Positions 1 through 13,434 of a stretch of 64,000 bases of DNA are shown here, piece by piece. Source of the stretch: the human T2T-CHM13v2.0 reference genome, Homo sapiens. The notes below the pieces were generated by a model that was not told the origin of the DNA, ran no database searches, and saw only the letters and a program-made list of their open reading frames with translations. How positions within the stretch are numbered: the first letter of the stretch is position 1; the number at the start of each line of letters is the position of its first letter. Both the position numbers and the translations under genes were made by a program. The DNA is taken from NCBI RefSeq assembly GCF_009914755.1, contig NC_060927.1; one strand, written 5' to 3'.

Positions 1-591
1 GTTGAGAACATGGTGTCTTCTGTGGAGCGGCATCTGTGCATGATTACAAATAGTCCGGAACTTCTAGGAATGAGTAAGGCTGAGCTGAAGGGTTTATGCG
101 ATGCCTCCACCCTTATGCCCCTTAGAAATTATAGAAATGTTCCTGTCCAATCATTTGAAAAAGGAGGAACACATGGAAGTCTAAGAAATACATTGTACGT
201 TTGTAGTCCTTCTGGGAATCTCAACTAATTCTGGATAAAAATTAAATATCAACCCAGATGTTATATGGGTAAGTATAAGAAGCCAGGCATGAGAAATGAA
301 GCAGAGAAGTAGTGACATGTCCAAAGCCAGATAAAAATTGAATTCCTGAGTCCTTTTTTGCTCTTGTATTATTTTCATCAAAACCAGAAACCTCACAACT
401 TTATGTCTCCTCTCTAGTAAATAAAATCAGCTTGGGGAAAAAAATGCCCTCAGAATGGAGAGTTTCCACATTGTTTCTGACTCCAGCACATATTCCTTGT
501 GATTTTTTTAAACCTTCTCAGGTGAGAAAGGAAATGGTTTGGGGCCAGTAAGGGTTGCTGACATTCCAGTGTTGTTCTTTCAGGGACTTAC

Positions 592-664
592 ATTTAGCAA
601 CTAAGGGTCTTAAAACTCCTTCCAGGCAGAAGTCTGTTGGGTTCTGGTCGGTGAAATCTTCGAC
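592..664 (-). other. candidate 73-nt internal exon (UTR/lncRNA or short coding)
   Basis: Minus strand: pyrimidine-rich acceptor TTTCTCCTTAGCATCGTCCTTTGGCAG| and donor AAT|GTAAGTC; one frame is open (VEDFTDQNPTDFCLEGVLRPLVAK) but I do not recognise the peptide. Confidence 0.45.
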
Positions 665-757
665 CTGCCAAAGGACGATGCTAAGGAGAAATGACACAGA
701 GGCACATGCGGGTCAGCAGTCTGGGGCCTCACGAGGCGTGCGTCACCAGCAACTTAC

Positions 758-899
758 ACTAATTTTAGGAATTTCAGCCTTCTAACTGTTGTTCCACATA
801 TGATAGCCATCTCTTTGTCTGCATATTCCTCTGATATGAATTAGAAGTCTCAAATAAAATTCATTTTCTTTTGCACTTACTGCTTTTCTGATGCTGATG
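758..899 (-). other. candidate upstream exon (142 nt, or a 19-nt micro-exon 881-899)
   Basis: Acceptor TGTTTTTGTTTTTCCCCAG| at 900; donors GCA|GTAAGTG at 880 and AGT|GTAAGTT at 757; the long form has stops in all three frames. Confidence 0.35.
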
Positions 900-1237
900 C
901 TGGGGAAAAACAAAAACAATGTTGCTCAGACTCATGTTTAATAATTCCCTTAAAAGAGAGGTCAAGGAAGCTTTTCTGGGAAGTTCCTTGAGAGCCAACT
1001 TGAGGGCTGATTTATCTGTCCTGGGTGGTGCCAGGAATGCAAAGGCTGCTCAGTTAAGTTTTGTGGAGTTGTTCCTATTCCAGAATATCTGTAACGGGAA
1101 TAGCGACCCCCATCTGTCCAAAGTGGCTTGGATATCATTCAACAGATAGACAGTTTAACTCAATGATCACAGACCCCACCCATTTATGTATTTACTTTTT
1201 TTCTGTACCAACCAGCACCTCCGATTCTAAGAAATGT

Positions 1238-1370
1238 CACAGTATAGTGGAGAAATAGTGAACTTTTGAGCCAGAAAATTGGAGTTTGAATCCTGAAATT
1301 ACCACCCATTATCAGTGGGAGATTAGGAGAATTACTTAATTTTTCTGAACTCCCCTTTTTCATTGTAGAG
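1238..1370 (+). mobile_element. MIR SINE fragment
   Basis: Resembles MIR 5' part and core (acagtatagtgg...gagccag...tttgaatcct...ttacttaat). Confidence 0.65.
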
Positions 1371-2349
1371 TTGCTAGAAGAAAGAAGTGACTGAATGTAC
1401 AGTGTATAGATAGTAGGGGTTTCATAAATTATATTTTCTCCCCACTCTCCATCCCAAAGTATAGAAGTGCTAAATAACAATGTCAGAGGTGGCAGTCCAT
1501 GTAAGTGGTGGGGTAAACAATATCCAGTTGATTTAATTTACACATGTATCATTTACTCACTCATTCATTGAACGCACATTGAGTGCTGTCTTGGTTTTGT
1601 TATGAGAGATGAGAATCAGAGATGAGTAAGACTTGGACTCTGATACTCCACTTCCACTCCTAATCCTGGAGAAAGTGAGGGGCAGATGCCTCTCAGTGAT
1701 GCAGTGAGCCAAACTCAGAAGCATTAATGATCAGTAGATTCAAAGCCAAAGTAGGACTGAAATGCTGGGGTTATCTGTGCTGGTCAGCATCCTTAGGGCC
1801 AGCCCTGGGCTCCAGGCCCCTTGGTCTCCTGGTGATGACACAGGACCACTATTTTGCTGACTGACACACAAACGGTTCCTAAAATGAAATTGGGTCCACA
1901 CTGACTTGGCTTACTGAGTAGACTGTGGAAATAGCTGACACTTCCTTCTTTTGCACATCTCTTTCCAAAAACTTTTGAGGGTGGATAAGATGACCCCAGA
2001 CTAACACTGGTGGAGGCCTGCTGGGTCTGCACAAAACATTTGTCTTTTTTGGCAGGCTGGAATTCAGTGGAAGAAGTTGTGTGTGTAGTGCATATGTTTG
2101 CCTGTGACATGGCACACATTTACTTTTGCGTGAACTCACAGAAAAAATGTGTATGTCCTTTTACTCTGGATGTTGTCATTGATAGCATTTTAAAACTGTT
2201 TTTAGTGTTACAACTTTGGCTTCAGGACAATTAAAATGTATGAAGAAGTAAATAATATAATGAATCATTTATAAATGAAAAGCTTTCAGGATAAGGACAG
2301 AAGGAGTTATTGAATGCTAACTTATCTACTGATTTCTTTTCTTCATTAT

Positions 2350-2770
2350 GTCTTGATCCTCAATGCAACTGTACATGGTAGGTATGATGATCTTCATTTT
2401 CATTTTACATGTAAATAACACTTGGATTTGCCCAGGGTCATGCAGCTAGTAAATGGCAAACCCAGGTCTAAATGGTTCTGAAGCCTGCAAGCTACACAGT
2501 GCTTTCTGCCGTGACACCAGTACTGTACAATACAAATTAAATATGTGTATACTATACATGATGAAATTTAGAATATGAATATATACAAAGTGCCAAAGAA
2601 ATCCAACCCTGGAAACAAATTATTCTCCTAGGGAGGCCATAAAATGCTTCACAAGTCAATCATTTCATTTTAGGGTTCAGAAAATGAAGCTCAGAGAGTT
2701 GTGACTTGCCCAAGGTGGCAGAGTAGCAAAGTTAAGACAGAACCAAATGCTTGAGTAGTGCCTTTCCTAC
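2350..2770 (-). mobile_element. two MIR fragments (~2350-2490, ~2660-2770)
   Basis: Reverse MIR core: ttgcccagggtcatgcagctagtaaatggca; tgacttgcccaaggt. Confidence 0.6.
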
Positions 2771-3128
2771 TAAACAAGAACATGCCATCTCATTATGCCC
2801 CAAAGTGTTAGGGCTCCGTAGCAACTACAGATAATTTATAGGATAACTGAAATGTAAAAAGGCCACAGCTTAGCTGTTCTGGGAAGAAACTGGATCCCAA
2901 GCCATTCATTTACCCAACGACTAGTTGCTCCCAAATGGCAAAACCCAGACCTTGGATCAAGTGCCAGATTAGAAGTGAAATGCGGTCATGAGTGGATGAT
3001 GCTCAAAAAGAGTTCCTTTGTTTCCAACTCCAAGACCAGGGTGAAGAAGTTTGAGATGCAGGTGGAATGACAGCATGAGGGATGTTGAGAGATGGTAGAC
3101 AGGTGCTGTATGCTAATCCAAATGCCTT

Positions 3129-3914
<786 letters not shown>

Positions 3915-3941
3915 CTTTCTGGATAATCTGATATGCCTGAG

Positions 3942-4385
3942 TGTTGCAGTTATCTGTCAATGCATAACAAAGCTATTATAAACTTTTGTGGCATAAAAAC
4001 AACTTTAAAAAAGTGATCATGGATTTTGGGGTTCAGGAATTCAGACAAGGCATAGCAGGAGTGATTTGTCTCTGATCTATAATGCCTGAAGCCTCAGTTG
4101 GGACAATTCTAAAGGTTAAACATGTCTGTCGCCACATGACGTCTCCACTGGCTAACTTGGGCTTCCTAATATCCTGGAAGTCTCTTCTTACATGGAGGCT
4201 CTGGGTTCCAAAAGACTAAGGCAGAAACTGCCAGTCCTTTTACAAGCTAGTCCCAGATCATATTTACCATAAAGTATTTGTCACAACTGTCATGGACCAT
4301 CCCAGAATTAAGGGGAGGGTAGATAGACCCCAGCCTTCAATGGGAGGGGTGTCAAAGAATTTGGGGCTCTTCTTAATCCACTACA
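3942..4385 (-). mobile_element. MLT1 (H/I-type) MaLR LTR
   Basis: Reverse MLT1 termini (cagttatct...gcataacaaa ... aatccactaca) and internal motifs. Confidence 0.7.
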
Positions 4386-4734
4386 TTATGCCATGCGACG
4401 GGAGCATGAAGAAGACCATCTCTATCCTATTCACTGTAATAACAAAAACCCGGGTTTGGCAAGTCCAGGAAGAGGAAATAATAGGAACATCAAGACCTCA
4501 TATGTGGAGAAATTTGGGAAAGCCCAAGACAATTAAGAGGTGGAAAAGGAAGTAAGACAAGTTGTAGCTTTGAGGATATAGCGGAGAGAGGACTGGTTTG
4601 AAAATCTGCACAGCTAACTTTCTTGATTTGGGGTAGCCCCTTTAGAGGCAAGAGTGTCCATTTTTGTGAAATGGGGTTGATCCTGCCTATCTCATTAGGT
4701 TGTTGTAAAGATTAGAAAAGATGGTATTTAAAGG

Positions 4735-5200
4735 TGAGCCCCCTGAAGCAAACCGTGAAATCAGAATGTGCATGGAAATTATTTATTAAGATATGTTATC
4801 AGGAAAAAACAGTAGAGGAATGAGAAATTGAGACAGGTAGGGATTGAAAGCCAAGCAAGGGTAGGGTATTAAGCCAAGTCTCATAGAGATTAACTTTGTT
4901 TCAACCCCATAGGGTTTCTCAGGAAAAGGGTGCAGACAACAACACAGAGAAGGAACAAGAGAGCTCCGTACCTATCCCCCATGAGTGTTTATATTCCCAC
5001 ACCTGTAAGTCATTAAAGTCTGCCCCACATTTGTGTAAATTCCCAGGCACTTTCAGTTCCCCTTTGTAGCCAGAAATGCAGCCTCCAGTAGCCTGAGGGC
5101 AGCCCTTCAACAAAAGGGATGCCGTTTTAAAAAGTAAAACCTATATAAGAACTCTGTGTGCAGAAAACACTAAAAGGATTGAGCAAAATACCATAGCAAA
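4735..5200 (-). mobile_element. LTR16/LTR33-like ERVL LTR fragment
   Basis: gaagcaaacc...tttatt...gagacagg...aagccaa pattern, diverged. Confidence 0.5.
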
Positions 5201-5385
5201 GTTATGATGGTACATACAAATTGCTCAACAGTGTGTGGGCTCTGCTACCCCCTCAAGAAATAGTAATAATTCTTGCTTTTTCTGATGTTGTTATTGGTGA
5301 GTAATATAAATTACTTTATATTCCTCCAAATTCTGAAGGAAAGGATACACTGACGGATAAAGAAAAATACAGTTTCCTTCAAATA

Positions 5386-5936
5386 TTTCAGAGGCATGTG
5401 AACCAGAGCAACTCCATCTTGAATGGGGCTAGGTAAGATGAGGCTGAGACCTGCTCAGCTGCATTCCCAGATGATTAAGGCATTCTAAGTCACAGGATGA
5501 GACATGAGGTCAGCACAAAATACAGGTCATAAAAACCTTGCTGATAAAACAGGTTGCAGTAAAGAAGCCAACTCTAGAACCCATCAAAACCAGGATGGCC
5601 ACAAGAGTGACCTCGGGTCATCCTCACTACTACATTCCCACCAGCACCATAACAGTTTACAAATGCCATGGCAACATCAGGAAGTTACCCTATATGGTCT
5701 AAAAAAGGGAGGCGTGAATAATCCACCCCTTGTTTAACATATCATCAAGAAATAACTATAAAAATGGGCAAACAGCAGCCCTCAGGTCTGCTCTATGGAG
5801 TAGCCATTCTTTTATTCCTTTACTTTCTTAATAAACTTGTTTTCACTTTACTCTAAGGACTCGCCCAGAATTCTTTCTTGCGCGAGATTCAAGAACCCTC
5901 TCTTGGGGTCTGGATTGGGACCCCTTTCCTGTAACA
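5386..5936 (+). mobile_element. MER41A solo LTR (ERV1)
   Basis: Near end-to-end match to MER41A (tcagaggc.tgtgaaccagagcaactccatcttgaat...ggacccctttcctgtaaca), aataaa, flanks aata/aatc. Confidence 0.9.
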
Positions 5937-6471
5937 AATCCAGGGCTCTTTTTAGTATTGTTAAAGTTTTAACTATCTTTATATTATCTGCCTCACATCA
6001 CCGTTTGGATGGAAAGAAAGCTACCTTTCAAAATTCAAAGGCAGGGATAAGAGAACAGCCTCTCCTTTATTCATCTCCTCTACCAGCCCAAAATACTTGT
6101 CAGTGGAGTATATGTCAGCCAAGCTGGCTCTACTCAGCCTGAATTGCCTCTGCAGTTTAATTATTACCCTCTAGCTATGGAAGAGGGAGAATTGGCTCCA
6201 GCATCTGATCTCTCACTGGAATTACTCAGATCTCTCTGATGGCACTCACTGTCCAGCATTTATTTTGGCCCAGTCATGAATATTTCATTAACATAAAGCC
6301 AGTGTGTTCAAACAATCCCAGTCTCTTTTTCTCTTTGAAACACCTTCAGAGCCTTGGCCCAAATTTACCTGGCAGAGAAATTTCCTCGGCATAGCTGCTG
6401 CTTGTGGTTCTCAGCCTTACCTAAGATAAATCTCTAAATTCTCCTTGTTCCATGGGTTTCATAAAGCATGG

Positions 6472-6927
6472 TGCTATGAACTGAACACTGTACCCCCATC
6501 AAAAAAAGGGAGGACATATTGAAGTCTGAATCCCCAGTGCCTCAGAATGTGACCTAATTTGGAAATAGGGTCTTTGTAGAAGTAATCTAGTTAAAATAAG
6601 GTTATTGGGATGCCCTCTAGTCTTGTATGACTGATGTCCTTATATAAAGGGGAAACCTGGAAGACACATACACAAAGGGGTAAGATATGTGGTGACACAC
6701 AAAAAGCATGCTAGGCAGAGAACGGAGTCATGCATCTATTAATACAAGCAACTCTGAGGATTGCTGAGAACTGCCAGAAGCTCAGAAGAGGCAAGGAAAG
6801 ACTTTTTCCCTAGAGTTACTCTGCTGTCACCTTTTGGATGTCTAGCCTTCAGAACAATGAGACAACAAAATTCTCTTGTTTTAAATCGCTCAGTTTGTGG
6901 TACTTTGTTGGGGTAGCCCATAAGGAC
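6472..6927 (+). mobile_element. MLT1C-like MaLR LTR
   Basis: cctcagaatgtgacct.atttggaaatagggtcttt...gccagaagct..aagaggcaagga...cagtttgtggtactttgtt. Confidence 0.8.
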
Positions 6928-6999
6928 CCTTGCAAGCTGCTTCCCAAGTTCTCTGGACCTCGGCATCCTCATTTGGAAAATATGGAGAACAGATTTAAT

Positions 7000-7585
7000 A
7001 GAAATAAATCTTCTCCAAAGATGCCCATAACAATGCTTCCTATCCCACATGATTTTCTTCAATTGATCATATTGTTATTCATTAAGTCCTCCCCTTAAAT
7101 ATGAGTAAGCTTGTGACTCAGTTGTAACCAAGAGAATGAAGTGGAAGTGGCACTGCATAACTTCTGAGGCTAGGACATAACAGCTCCCAGACTATCATCA
7201 CTTGCTGTGGAGTCCTGAGCCCCCACATAAGAAGCCTGAATCTTCTGAGGCTGCCATGTTGGGAGGAAGCCCAAGTCACATGGAGAGGCCACAGGTAAGT
7301 AGTCCAGTCAATAGCCCCTACCTGTGGTCCCAGTAGATAGTCAGCATCAATCACCAGATATGTCTGTGAAGATGACTCCAGATTACTTTAGCTCCCACCC
7401 ATGAAGTCTCCCCCACCCATAGAATCTTCCTAGCGCAGACTCCAGACATCCTCAAGCAAAGCCATTTCTACCGTTTGCTTCATAAATTCCTGGCCCACAT
7501 AACTCATGAACTTGACAAAACAGTTGTTGTTGGTATGCCACCAAGTCTGGGAATAATTAGCTATGCAGAAATAATAACTGGACCA
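7000..7585 (+). mobile_element. MLT1G/H-like MaLR LTR
   Basis: ccaaagatg...cccacatg start; gaggctgccatg..gaggaagcccaag; ataactgga end. Confidence 0.75.
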
Positions 7586-8211
7586 TCAACTCTCCAAGAT
7601 CTTACTGAATAGAGAATCAGAACTGGTCTAGAATATTCTGCATAGGGTATGAAGAGATTCTGGGGAGACCAGGTTTGCCTTTGAAGGCCCTGGGAGAGGC
7701 CCCATTTTCTCACTCTTCACCTCTCCAATTGCCAGAGTTTATAGCCAATACTAGAATAACTGCAAGCTTTTCTCACACCTTCAGTCAAGTCTCAGAGCAC
7801 CTCCACAAAGCTGGTGCAACTCTACTTTTCACAAGCATTTTTTAGGATCTCTTAGTCCAAATTCTATTTAATCCACAAATTAGCGGCAACTTTCAGTATA
7901 GTTGGGCTTCGTCAGTGTTCCATCCTACTCCCTTATAAACACTACCCTTTCATTCACTTCGGATCAAATTCATTCGACAAAATTATTGCACACAAAGTAT
8001 GTACATCAATTGTGCCAGGCTTTGGGGAACATGAGGAAGGTATACAGAGATTAATCAGCCCTTGATCTAGCTTTTAAAGGAATTTATATTTGAATCAGAG
8101 TTAAGGCATAACCAAAAAACTTTGATTCACAGTAGAAAGTGATGTGTGCCATAAAAGAAAGCAGGCAAAGTGCTGAGAGTGCTGTACAGAGAGAAGTACT
8201 CCCTGGCGTGG

Positions 8212-8792
8212 TGTGCCAGCTACTAAGTTATTGCCTCTTAGCTCCAACCCACCCATCCACACTCCACTTGCTAATGCTGAGACTGGGACTCTGCAAACTT
8301 CATTTCTGCTTTTCAACTGCTCCCTTGTAGGCTCTGCCAATAGTGGGCACTAGAGACTGACTGCAAGATTGGAAAAGGAAAAAGGGATTTGCTTCCCTGG
8401 TTTGCTTTCTGTTCCTGTGAGCATTGCCCTAGCAAGGCTTCTTTGCCTTGGTAGTGACAATTTGACAATGGTAGTTTATTCCTGTAGCAGCAGCTGAATC
8501 CAGTTTGCAGTCTCTCCAACATCACAGAACCAGCCTCATTGATACCTCTCAGAGATACCTGCACCAACTTGTGCCCATTCCTCAGAGCTCTGGAGCCCAG
8601 CTGACAGGATTCTCCCCTAAGTCTCTACATTTTAATAATTCCAACCTTTTCCCTTTGTTCCCTCAGCCCTAGGGGTGTTAGCTGCCTCCCACATTTGCTA
8701 TGTTCTTGAAACCTTAGTATTCCCTTTTTACTCTTTCAGTTACCTAGTTAACAATTCTGTATATTAAATTCTCTGTTCAAAATAACTAGTGT
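8212..8792 (+). mobile_element. LTR41-like ERVL LTR
   Basis: tgtgccagctactaagttattgcctcttagctcc...ctgggactctgcaaac...ggctctgccaatag matches LTR41 5' region. Confidence 0.7.
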
Positions 8793-9453
8793 GATGTTGG
8801 CAAGAATGTGGAGAAATTGGATCCTTTTGCACTGTTGGTGGGAATGTAAAATGGCAGCCACTGTGGAAAACAGTATGATGATTCCTCAAAAAACTAAAAA
8901 TAGAGTTATCATATGATCTAGCAATTCCACTTCTGGGTGTATAGCCAAAAGAATTGAAAGAGGGGATCTCAAAGAGATATTGATAGCAGCCATATTGATA
9001 GCAGCACTATTCACAATAGCCAAGAGGTAGACGCTACCCAAGCATCCATTAATAGACAAATAGATAAACAAAACGTGGTATGTACCTACGGTGGGATATT
9101 AATTGGCCTTAAAAAGGGAGGAAATTCTGACAAATGCTACAACATGGATGAAGCTTCAGGACATTATGCTATGAAATAAGCTAGTCACAAAAAGACAAAT
9201 ACTGCATGTTTCCACTTATAGGAATCTAGAATAGTCAAACTCAGAGACAGAAAGTAGAATGGTGGTTTCTAGAGGCTGAGGCATGGGAAAATGGAAGGTT
9301 GTTGTTTAATAGGTATATATTTCAGCTTTGCAAGTGAAAAAGTTCTGCAGATTAGTTGTGCAACAATGTGAATAGACTCAATATTACTGAACCATATGCT
9401 TAAAATGATTAAAATGGTAAATTTTATGTGTATTTTACCACAATTAAAAGAAA
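8793..9453 (+). mobile_element. L1MB (MB2/3-like) 3' fragment
   Basis: ORF2 C-terminal remnant and L1MB 3'UTR ending tattttaccacaattaaaa. Confidence 0.85.
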
Positions 9454-9559
9454 ATCTGGCATGAATTCTATCTTTTGAGTGGACCTTGAATAGTGTGGCA
9501 ATTAAAGAAATTTTAGTATTAGTCTTGGTAAAGGTGGGCGGGGAGGAAGACAATAATGA

Positions 9560-9910
9560 AATAAACAACTTAGATCTTAGTGGCTTCACAAAATAAAAAG
9601 TTAGCTGTCTGATCCTGCCACAGTCAATGTGGCCAGAAGGACAGTTTGCTCCTAGGGTCATTCAGGGACTCAGCTTTGCATGAGCTCACCACCTTCAACA
9701 CATGGCCTCTAAGGTTACCACAGAAGGAACACTGCCCAGAGGATTTATGGGCTAGGCTGGATATGCAGACATCACATTTGCCAGATTTTCCACTGGCCAG
9801 AACTTAGTCACATGACCCAAATTTAGCTGTACAGGAAGTTGGGAAGTTTTCCTGAGAGCTCAGGTGAAAAATAAAATGAGTTGGGTGAGCATACAGCATT
9901 GTTACTACAA
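9560..9910 (-). mobile_element. old MLT1 (J/K-like) fragment
   Basis: cactggccagaacttagtcacatg...gctgtacaggaagttgggaa motif. Confidence 0.5.
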
Positions 9911-10199
9911 CTTTAATGAAGGAGAGTGGTATTTAGGCTGAGCCTTGAAAAATGAGTCATGTCCTATCTTCATCTCCGTATTTCTTGCCTTTACTGAAGA
10001 GCCTAACATAGTTTCCTGATCTAAGCATCTCTTGGATGATGGATGGATGAATCAAAACATGGTTTTCTATAACCACCAAACTACAAAGTGTCTAGAGAAA
10101 GAGAACCAGTATATTCTATGTCTAGCAGAACTATTGTCTGGTGTCTTATTTTAGGTCCTGAGAATATATGATAAAGCTGATTGCCACCACTCAGTACAG

Positions 10200-10525
<326 letters not shown>

Positions 10526-11186
10526 CTAGACACAAAGAAGTTGGTGAGTGGCTTGCTTCCACAGTTCAGTGAGAAAATGAATGGCTTTTATGGCTTAGCC
10601 TAAATAGCCTAATATCACTTCTATTACTTGTATTGATCAAAGCCAAGAATGATGACCCCAAAATGTGACAGATTCTGGTAGACAATGTTGAGATCACACA
10701 TGAAGTCCTTTGCTTCTCATATTGATGTGAATCCTTGGTCCCTCCCAGTTTCTGGCACAAGTGCTAGATATGTGGAGAGCAGGTCATGCCTATCTTGAGA
10801 CACGCCTAAGCTTGACTGACTCATTGAGCCTGTGGAAGATTGCCCATGTATGAAGGCATTTGTCCTTTTCCTTCTTTCTTTCTTTTTTATTGGCTTGTTT
10901 GAGGAGATATTAATAAAAATAAAACCAATAAAAGGAAAATGACTGTAATTAATGCTAATAAAGGGTAGAACCAGATTGCTGAGTGCATCTGTTCAATCTG
11001 GCTTTTTGAGTAGTTAGCAAGGGGTTTATTACTGGTAAGTGGGAGATAGTGAACCAGGGCTATTTCCTACTTCTAATGCACTTACACATGGATAATAATG
11101 GCATAATTTCTGTGCCTAGACTTTGGACAGCTGCCCAGTAGGTTTTCTATGATGATGTAATCAGGTTTACCCCTACTTGGAGTCTG

Positions 11187-11729
11187 TGTTTTAGTTATCT
11201 ATTGCCGTGTAACAAACATGCTAAACTTAATGACTTAAACCAGAAACATTTTGTTATGCTAATAGATTCTCTGGGTGCTAAATTCAGAAGGGCATGATGG
11301 AATTGCTTGTCTTTTCTCCCTGATGTCTGAGGACTTAGCTAAGATGACTTAAATGGCTCAGGGCTAGAATAATCTGGAAGCTTCTTTACTCTCATGCTTG
11401 CTGCTTGGGCTGGAATCACACAAAAGCTGGACTCAACTGAGACTATCAAGTGGAGTACCTATACCTTGACCTGTCATTTTGCTTGGATTTTCTACAGCAT
11501 GAAATCCAGGTTATGAGAAAGAGGCAGGCCTTCCAAAGACTGAGAAGAAAATGAGTGGCCTTTATGGCTTAGCCTCAGAGGTCACCTAATATGACTGCTA
11601 TTACTCTACTGGTGTAAACAGTCATAAGCTCACTTGGATCACATTGAGCACAAGGAGAGGAGACGTAGACCCTCAAGATGAGTGGTGTAGCAAAGGATTT
11701 CCAGCTGATTTTTTTTTTAAACCACCACA
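11187..11729 (-). mobile_element. MLT1H-like MaLR LTR
   Basis: ttagttatctattgccgtgtaacaaac...aaaccaccaca termini. Confidence 0.7.
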
Positions 11730-11769
11730 CTTAGATTTGCTCATGTTTATGGTAACCAAATTCTCTTGA

Positions 11770-12553
11770 TCCTAACTTCAAAATGTATCCCAAATCCAAC
11801 CACTTCTCACTACCTCCATTGTCATCACACTGGTCCCAAGATTTTTCCCTCTAATTATCGCAATAACTGTTAACAAGAATCCTTGCTTTCACCTCACCTC
11901 CCCCAAAACTATTTTCAACAAAGCTGCAAAAGTGATACTATTTAGTCATTGGTCATATCATGCCATTCTTTGGCTCAAACCCTCAATCACTCCCCATTGT
12001 TCTCAGAGGAGAAGAAGAAGTTCTTCTGGTGGTAAACAAGTCTCTGTACAATCCGGCTCCCTGTCACCTCTCTTCCCTCCTTTCCTACTGCTCTCCCCAT
12101 TGCCCCCTCTCTAATAGCCAAACTGGCCTCTTTGCTGTTCGTAGAACACATTGAGCATCGCCCCACCTCAGGGCCTTTGCATTTGCTGTTCCCTCTGCCT
12201 AGAATGCTTTTCTCCCAGATATCTGCGTGGTTTAGTTTACTCCTTCACTTCCTTCAGGAATTGAATTATATGCCACCTCAGTGCGACCTTTGCTCACCTA
12301 TTTCAAAAGAATGCCTCACCTCACCATAACCCCTAGCATTCACTCCTCTGCTTTGTTTTTTCCATAACACCAATCATCACCTAACACACAATGTGTTTTC
12401 TTATTTGTCTTATTTCTTGACTGTCTACCCTATTGGAATGTAAGCTGCATGAGGACAAGGATGTTTGTCCCTTTTACCCACTGTTGTTGTTTTTTCAACA
12501 TCTCTACTTGACACATAATAGATACTCGACAGATATTTGGTAAGTGAATGAAG
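11770..12553 (+). mobile_element. L2a 3' portion
   Basis: ccacctcagggcctttgcatttgctgttccctctgcctagaatgc; ends atatttggtaagtgaatgaa. Confidence 0.8.
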
Positions 12554-13386
12554 TTTAAATTAATGAGAGAGTAAGTGCATGAAAGAGAAAGGTAAACTCT
12601 GACAAACTGCTCAAAAACTGTTCTGATATGGTAAAATATTTCAAAGAGACTCATAAAGGGAAAGGGTTCTACTCCATTGAGAAAGTATGAGTGGTCTGCT
12701 TTCCTTTCATAGGATAATGGCCCAGCTTAACATAAGTTACTGTAGTTGTTTTTTCTCCTCCTCCTTAGAAATACATGTTGGAAGAGTGTTATGGAGGCAT
12801 TGTTGTATAGCAGAGAGAGAGACATAGACCTGAACTTCCATTTACCAGTTGTACGATCAAAGGTAACCCAATTCGTCTCCCTGGGTCACAGATTTCTCTT
12901 TTATAAATTGAGAGAAATTGTATTTGAACTAGACAATCTATCTCTAAGGTCCATTCCAGCCCTGAAATTTAATTATTTATGTCTGTTCACCAGCTCATTT
13001 GCCATTGAATTCCAGTGCTAATCTAAGGATGGCATTCCATGAGCTGGGAATAAAGAAAAGAAATCAGGAAGAGAGAGAAGTAACCCTGAGCAAAATAAAA
13101 CATGTAGAGCACAAAAGTGTTTCAGAAAGGGAATAGTATTGGGGATAACATTCTAACCTTTGATGGAATCATAATATTGATTACCCTTTGGGGAGCATTG
13201 ATATAATTGGGAGGTGGCATGAAGGATGTTTCCAGGGTACTGGAAATGCTACTTTTAAAAAATCTCAGTTGTGGTTATATGGGTGTGTTCTTCTGTGAAC
13301 TTCCATATGTTCTTTAGATACACTTTTCTATGTGTTTGTTATACTTAAATTTGAAAGTTTACTGAGAAATTTCAACTGAGAGCAGA

Positions 13387-13434
13387 ACACACAGACACAC
13401 AGACACACACACACGCACACACACACACACACAC
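13387..13434. repeat. (CA)n microsatellite, interrupted
   Basis: Direct reading. Confidence 0.95.

Noticed and set aside
10-228. 72-aa ATG-initiated ORF at the window start
   Set aside because: No recognisable homology or exon boundaries; length is within chance expectation
8977-9006. 14-bp tandem duplication atattgatagcagc in L1MB (similar small duplications near 37455 and 39385-39465)
   Set aside because: Ordinary slippage-type micro-duplications inside dead repeats
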